Part shown: piece after piece, positions 60,526 to 64,000 of the stretch | How positions within the stretch are numbered: the stretch's first letter is position 1 | How the letters are laid out: every line of letters starts with the position of its first letter | From: Candidatus Parcubacteria bacterium | GTDB taxonomy: Bacteria > Patescibacteriota > Patescibacteriia > Patescibacteriales > BM507 | DNA length: 64,000 nucleotides | Direction: 5' to 3' | Assembly: GCA_002869265.1 (NCBI GenBank) | Contig: PKTH01000036.1 | Span: forward strand, 50,224 to 114,223 | Translations under genes and position numbers: made by a program | The notes under the pieces: model-generated | What the model was told of the DNA's origin: nothing | What the model saw: only the letters and a program-made list of their open reading frames with translations | Database searches by the model: none

Positions 60526-60556
60526 AGGGAGCGTTTGAACGCTCCCTGTTTTTTTA
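60526..60556 (+). terminator. Intrinsic terminator
   Basis: CAGGGAGCGTT-TG-AACGCTCCCTG followed by a T run. Confidence 0.9.
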
Positions 60557-60647
60557 TATTGTTGAATTTTAATAAACAATTTGATATCCTTTTAAGAAGA
60601 CAAAAGCTTTGTCTTATTTTAGTGTTTATAATAATTTTAAGTATAAT

Positions 60648-62867
60648 ATGACTCAAAAACTATATAAGTATATTCTCCAGGGAGGGGTTTATTTATCGCT
60701 AATTTCAGTATTTTTAGTAAATAAAAATCTGTTATTTCCATTTATTACTTCAAAACAGCTATTTTTTAATGTTGTTATAGAAATTCTTTTTGTATTTTGG
60801 GTAGCTTTGATTGTTAAGTATCCAAATTGGCGACCAAAGAAAAACTATATTACTTATGGCCTGGGAGCATTTTTTTCAGCTGTTGTTATAACTTCATTTA
60901 CTGGAGTTGATTTCAACCTTAGTTTTTGGGGTGATGTCGAGAGAATGCTTGGTGCTTTTCACTTACTGCATTTCTTTGCTTTTTACATGATTATTATTAC
61001 AGCTTTCAGAACTTGGGACGATTGGAAGGTTTTTCTTCATATATATATTATATTTGCCGTTTTTGTGGCTTTTCAGGGTTTATCCGGCAATAACCATGTT
61101 TACAGTACTCTAGGAAACACAGCCTACGCCGCCGCATTCCACATCTTTAGTGCGTATTTCGCTATTCTTTTAATGGTCAGAGAGAAAACCTGGACCATTA
61201 GATCTATGTATATTCCGGCTGTTCTTCTTTTTGTCTATCATATGATCAAAACTAGTGTGGCTGGCGCCTATGGTGGTTTTGCTATGGGTCTTTTGGTGAT
61301 GTTGTTTTTGTATGGTGTTTTATATAAAGACAAAAGAGTAAAGATTGCTACTGTTTCGACAGCGATATTTTTGATAATTTTTGGTTCTTATTTTTTCTTG
61401 ATAAATAAAGACAACGTTATTACCAGGAATAATAAATTTGCAGCTCGTGTTGCCAATGAGCTTTCACTTGAAAAAAATACTTTCCAAACTCGTTTAATTT
61501 CTTGGCGGGCGGCGTTTAAAGACCTGCCAAGCCATCCAATAATGGGAACCGGTTACGGGAACTTTGCAATTACTTTTGATAAATATTTTGACGCTCATTT
61601 CTATGATGAAACCAGAAATGAAACCTATTTTGACAGAGCACATAACAACCTGATTGACATATTGTCAAACATGGGTATATTTGGGCTTTTGACTTATTTG
61701 TCTATATTTGTTGCCTTTGGATATTATTTAGTTTTGGGATACAAAAACGATAAATTTAGTACTCATGAGTTCATTGTGATAGTTTCTCTGACTACTGCAT
61801 ATTTCGTCCAAAATTTGGCTGTTTTTGATGCCATGGTGACCTATATGGCCTTTATGATGCTCTTGGCCTATGTTTATTATAGATATCAAGGAGAAGATGA
61901 ATTAGAGCCAAGTAAGGATGAGGAGATGAATAATAATGAGATATTTGCATTGGCAGGGGCTGGAATTATTATGGCTTTAATATTATTTCAGTATAGTTAT
62001 TTGCCTTATAAAATGCTTACTCTAACAATTGATGCTCAAAGGGTTAATTCTTCAGAAGGTTTAATGGCTGCGGTTGATAAATATAGGGAGGCATTGTCTT
62101 ATGACACTGTTCTTGATAGGGACTCAAGAACCAGCTTGATGAGATTACTTATCTCAGACAGGGGTCAGCTTGAATCTCATAAAAACAGAGAAGAAGCTAT
62201 AGCGGCTCTAGATTTTATAATAGAGCAGGCCGAGAGGAATATAGAATACAACAAAGAAGATAGTATGAACCAAATGCTTTTGGCTCAGGCTTACAATAAA
62301 GCGGCTTCTTTTTACAGAAATGATAATTCAAAATATGATTACTATATTATGGCGGCAATCGAAGCTATAGATAAGTCAATTGCGGCCAGTCCTCAGCGTG
62401 TACCGATTTACTTCCAAAAAGCACAAATATATATAACTAGTGGTCAAAAAGACAAAGCGATCGAGACTCTAGAATATGCTTATAGTTTAAATGAAAATTA
62501 TTACGATTCAGCCTGTTCTCTGTCAAAAGCTTATTTCTTTTATCAGGACAGCGATAAGGGCTATGAGTATATGGACATTTGTATAGATAAGGGGGGAGCT
62601 ACCCTTCTTGGACCTGGTGACTACATTCGACCGCTTATCGCCCACTATGCTAGCGATGAGAGCAACTTCGACAGAGTTCTATCTCTTTATGAGAGATTAG
62701 TCAAGATTGAGCCTAAAAATGCTCAAGCTTGGAGCAGTTTAGCAAAACTTTATGAAGTAGATGGTAGTATAGACAAAGCAATTAATGCAGCTACCGAAGC
62801 CGGAAAAAATGATCCAAAGCTAAAAGAATATGCTGATCAGTATATTGAAGAACTAAAACAAAAATAA
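60648..62867 (+). CDS. O-antigen ligase-like (Wzy_C) membrane protein with C-terminal TPR repeats
   Basis: About 12 TMs, SFWG..ER, STLGN, R...W, G.G..NF, DRAHN; helical TPR tail. Confidence 0.88.
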   Translation: MTQKLYKYILQGGVYLSLISVFLVNKNLLFPFITSKQLFFNVVIEILFVFWVALIVKYPNWRPKKNYITYGLGAFFSAVVITSFTGVDFNLSFWGDVERMLGAFHLLHFFAFYMIIITAFRTWDDWKVFLHIYIIFAVFVAFQGLSGNNHVYSTLGNTAYAAAFHIFSAYFAILLMVREKTWTIRSMYIPAVLLFVYHMIKTSVAGAYGGFAMGLLVMLFLYGVLYKDKRVKIATVSTAIFLIIFGSYFFLINKDNVITRNNKFAARVANELSLEKNTFQTRLISWRAAFKDLPSHPIMGTGYGNFAITFDKYFDAHFYDETRNETYFDRAHNNLIDILSNMGIFGLLTYLSIFVAFGYYLVLGYKNDKFSTHEFIVIVSLTTAYFVQNLAVFDAMVTYMAFMMLLAYVYYRYQGEDELEPSKDEEMNNNEIFALAGAGIIMALILFQYSYLPYKMLTLTIDAQRVNSSEGLMAAVDKYREALSYDTVLDRDSRTSLMRLLISDRGQLESHKNREEAIAALDFIIEQAERNIEYNKEDSMNQMLLAQAYNKAASFYRNDNSKYDYYIMAAIEAIDKSIAASPQRVPIYFQKAQIYITSGQKDKAIETLEYAYSLNENYYDSACSLSKAYFFYQDSDKGYEYMDICIDKGGATLLGPGDYIRPLIAHYASDESNFDRVLSLYERLVKIEPKNAQAWSSLAKLYEVDGSIDKAINAATEAGKNDPKLKEYADQYIEELKQK

Positions 62868-62872
62868 CTTAA

Positions 62873-63568
62873 ATGAGTAAAATACTTGAGGTAAAGAATC
62901 TAACAGTTAGTCTAGCAGGGGAAGAGGTTATTAAAAATCTCTCCTTTCAGGTACAAAAAGGTGACTTTTTGACTATTCTCGGGCCAAATGGCACAGGGAA
63001 AACTGTTTTACTGAAGACTCTTTTAGGCTTTATAACTGACTATGCTGGAGAGATTAATTGGACAGGGAAGACCAGAGTTGGCTATCTCCCCCAAGGTCTT
63101 ACTCGTGAGAAGGTGGGTGATATGCCACTTTCTGTTTTGGAATTTTTGTCTCTAAAGAATAAAAACAAAAAAGAAATACAAGAATATTTAGAGCTAGTGG
63201 GCGTCAAAGATCCTAAATTTCTTTCAAAAAAAATAGGGGATCTCTCAGGCGGGCAGTTTCAGAGAATGCTAATGGTTTGGGCCTTGTTTGATGAACCTGA
63301 GATATTGTTTTTTGACGAACCCACTACAGGAATTGATATAAAAGGGGAGGAGACGGTTTACAACCTCTTACATAAACTGCAAAAAGAAAAAGGCTTAACT
63401 ATTATTCTGATAACGCACGATGTAAATGTTGTTTATAAGCACTCTAGTGATGTTTTGTGTATGAGTGGAGATTATTCGTGCTATTCAAAACCCGAGGAGA
63501 TAATGGACCCTAAAAAACTAGAAGAGATATACGGGATGCCAGTTAAATTTTACAAACACAATCATTAA
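62873..63568 (+). CDS. znuC: Zn/Mn ABC transporter ATPase
   Basis: GPNGTGKT, GYLPQ, LSGGQFQR, DEPTTGID, THD. Confidence 0.85.
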   Translation: MSKILEVKNLTVSLAGEEVIKNLSFQVQKGDFLTILGPNGTGKTVLLKTLLGFITDYAGEINWTGKTRVGYLPQGLTREKVGDMPLSVLEFLSLKNKNKKEIQEYLELVGVKDPKFLSKKIGDLSGGQFQRMLMVWALFDEPEILFFDEPTTGIDIKGEETVYNLLHKLQKEKGLTIILITHDVNVVYKHSSDVLCMSGDYSCYSKPEEIMDPKKLEEIYGMPVKFYKHNH

Positions 63569-63571
63569 GAT

Positions 63572-64000
63572 ATGGAAATTAATTTAATTTACAGTTTAAT
63601 AGCAGGTATTTCTATTGGAGGGGTTTCTGCTTATCTGGGTTCACTGATGCTTCAAAGGAGAATGTCATTGGCGGCGGGACCCTTGGGGCACCTGGCATTT
63701 CCTGGGGTAGCGCTTGCCCTTCTCTACGGCTTTGATATGTCCTTGGGAGCTTTTCCTTTTGTTGTTTTGGGTATAGTTTTGATCTGGCTATTTGAAAACA
63801 AAACAAAACTTCCGACAGAGGCTTTAACGGCAGTTGTCTTTGCTAGTGGCGTGGCGCTTTCTTTTTTGTTTCTACCGATAGATAAGGCCGAGGAAGCTTT
63901 AGTGGGGAGTATTTCAAACATTAATCTTACGGAGATGTTGGCCACCATGTTTATTTCAATGGGGGTTCTTTTGCTGATAAGATATATTTACAGGGAAATG
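63572..64000 (+). CDS. znuB: Zn/Mn ABC transporter permease (3'-truncated by the window edge)
   Basis: MEINLIYSLIAG...LGSLMLQRRMSLAAGPLGHLAFPGVALA; open to the end of the window. Confidence 0.85.
   Translation, partial: MEINLIYSLIAGISIGGVSAYLGSLMLQRRMSLAAGPLGHLAFPGVALALLYGFDMSLGAFPFVVLGIVLIWLFENKTKLPTEALTAVVFASGVALSFLFLPIDKAEEALVGSISNINLTEMLATMFISMGVLLLIRYIYREM

Noticed and set aside
456-63948. Numerous 60-195 aa antisense or alternate-frame ORFs in the ORF track (e.g. 11934..12512, 23425..23871, 52832..53272, 55606..56193)
   Set aside because: They lie inside well-supported genes and have no motifs or SD; they are consistent with codon-bias shadows
1-64000. Alternative genetic code (TGA=Gly as in Gracilibacteria/Absconditabacteria)
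   Set aside because: Core genes are full length under code 11 and TGA terminates genes in ATGA overlaps (40625, 52653)

Overview
AT-rich bacterial chromosome segment with most genes on the + strand, read in the standard code (TGA acts as a stop, e.g. at 52653). It is most consistent with a Patescibacteria/CPR genome (Parcubacteria/ABY1-like); this is inferred from SD-less A-rich core-gene starts, a short ProS and HrcA, and CPR-type surface-protein repeats. Core genes: HU, rdgB, two HIT genes, rfbB, holB, frr, rseP, hpf, secA, secD, secF, proS, mreBCD-mrdA, a CIRCE-controlled hrcA-grpE-hsp20-dnaK-dnaJ operon, a GldA/F/G-DUF4340 ABC module, pfkB-pduL-ackA-murJ, lepA, recJ, rnhA, an ECF sigma/anti-sigma pair, a ~1200 aa S-layer-like protein and znuC/znuB. 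I saw no rRNA, tRNA, CRISPR array or transposase. Most notable observations: (1) GrpE fused to an intact Nudix hydrolase; (2) SecD carrying two inserted parvulin domains; (3) recurring orphan expression units with a sigma70 promoter, boxA-like motif, strong SD and terminator; (4) a compact three-way-junction RNA leader at 14002-14053; (5) three TTAAGTC-N12-GACTTAA palindromes between an HTH gene and an ECF sigma / structured-leader / S-layer locus; (6) three small ORFs missed by the ORF track, including a 57 aa protein with 8 Cys.
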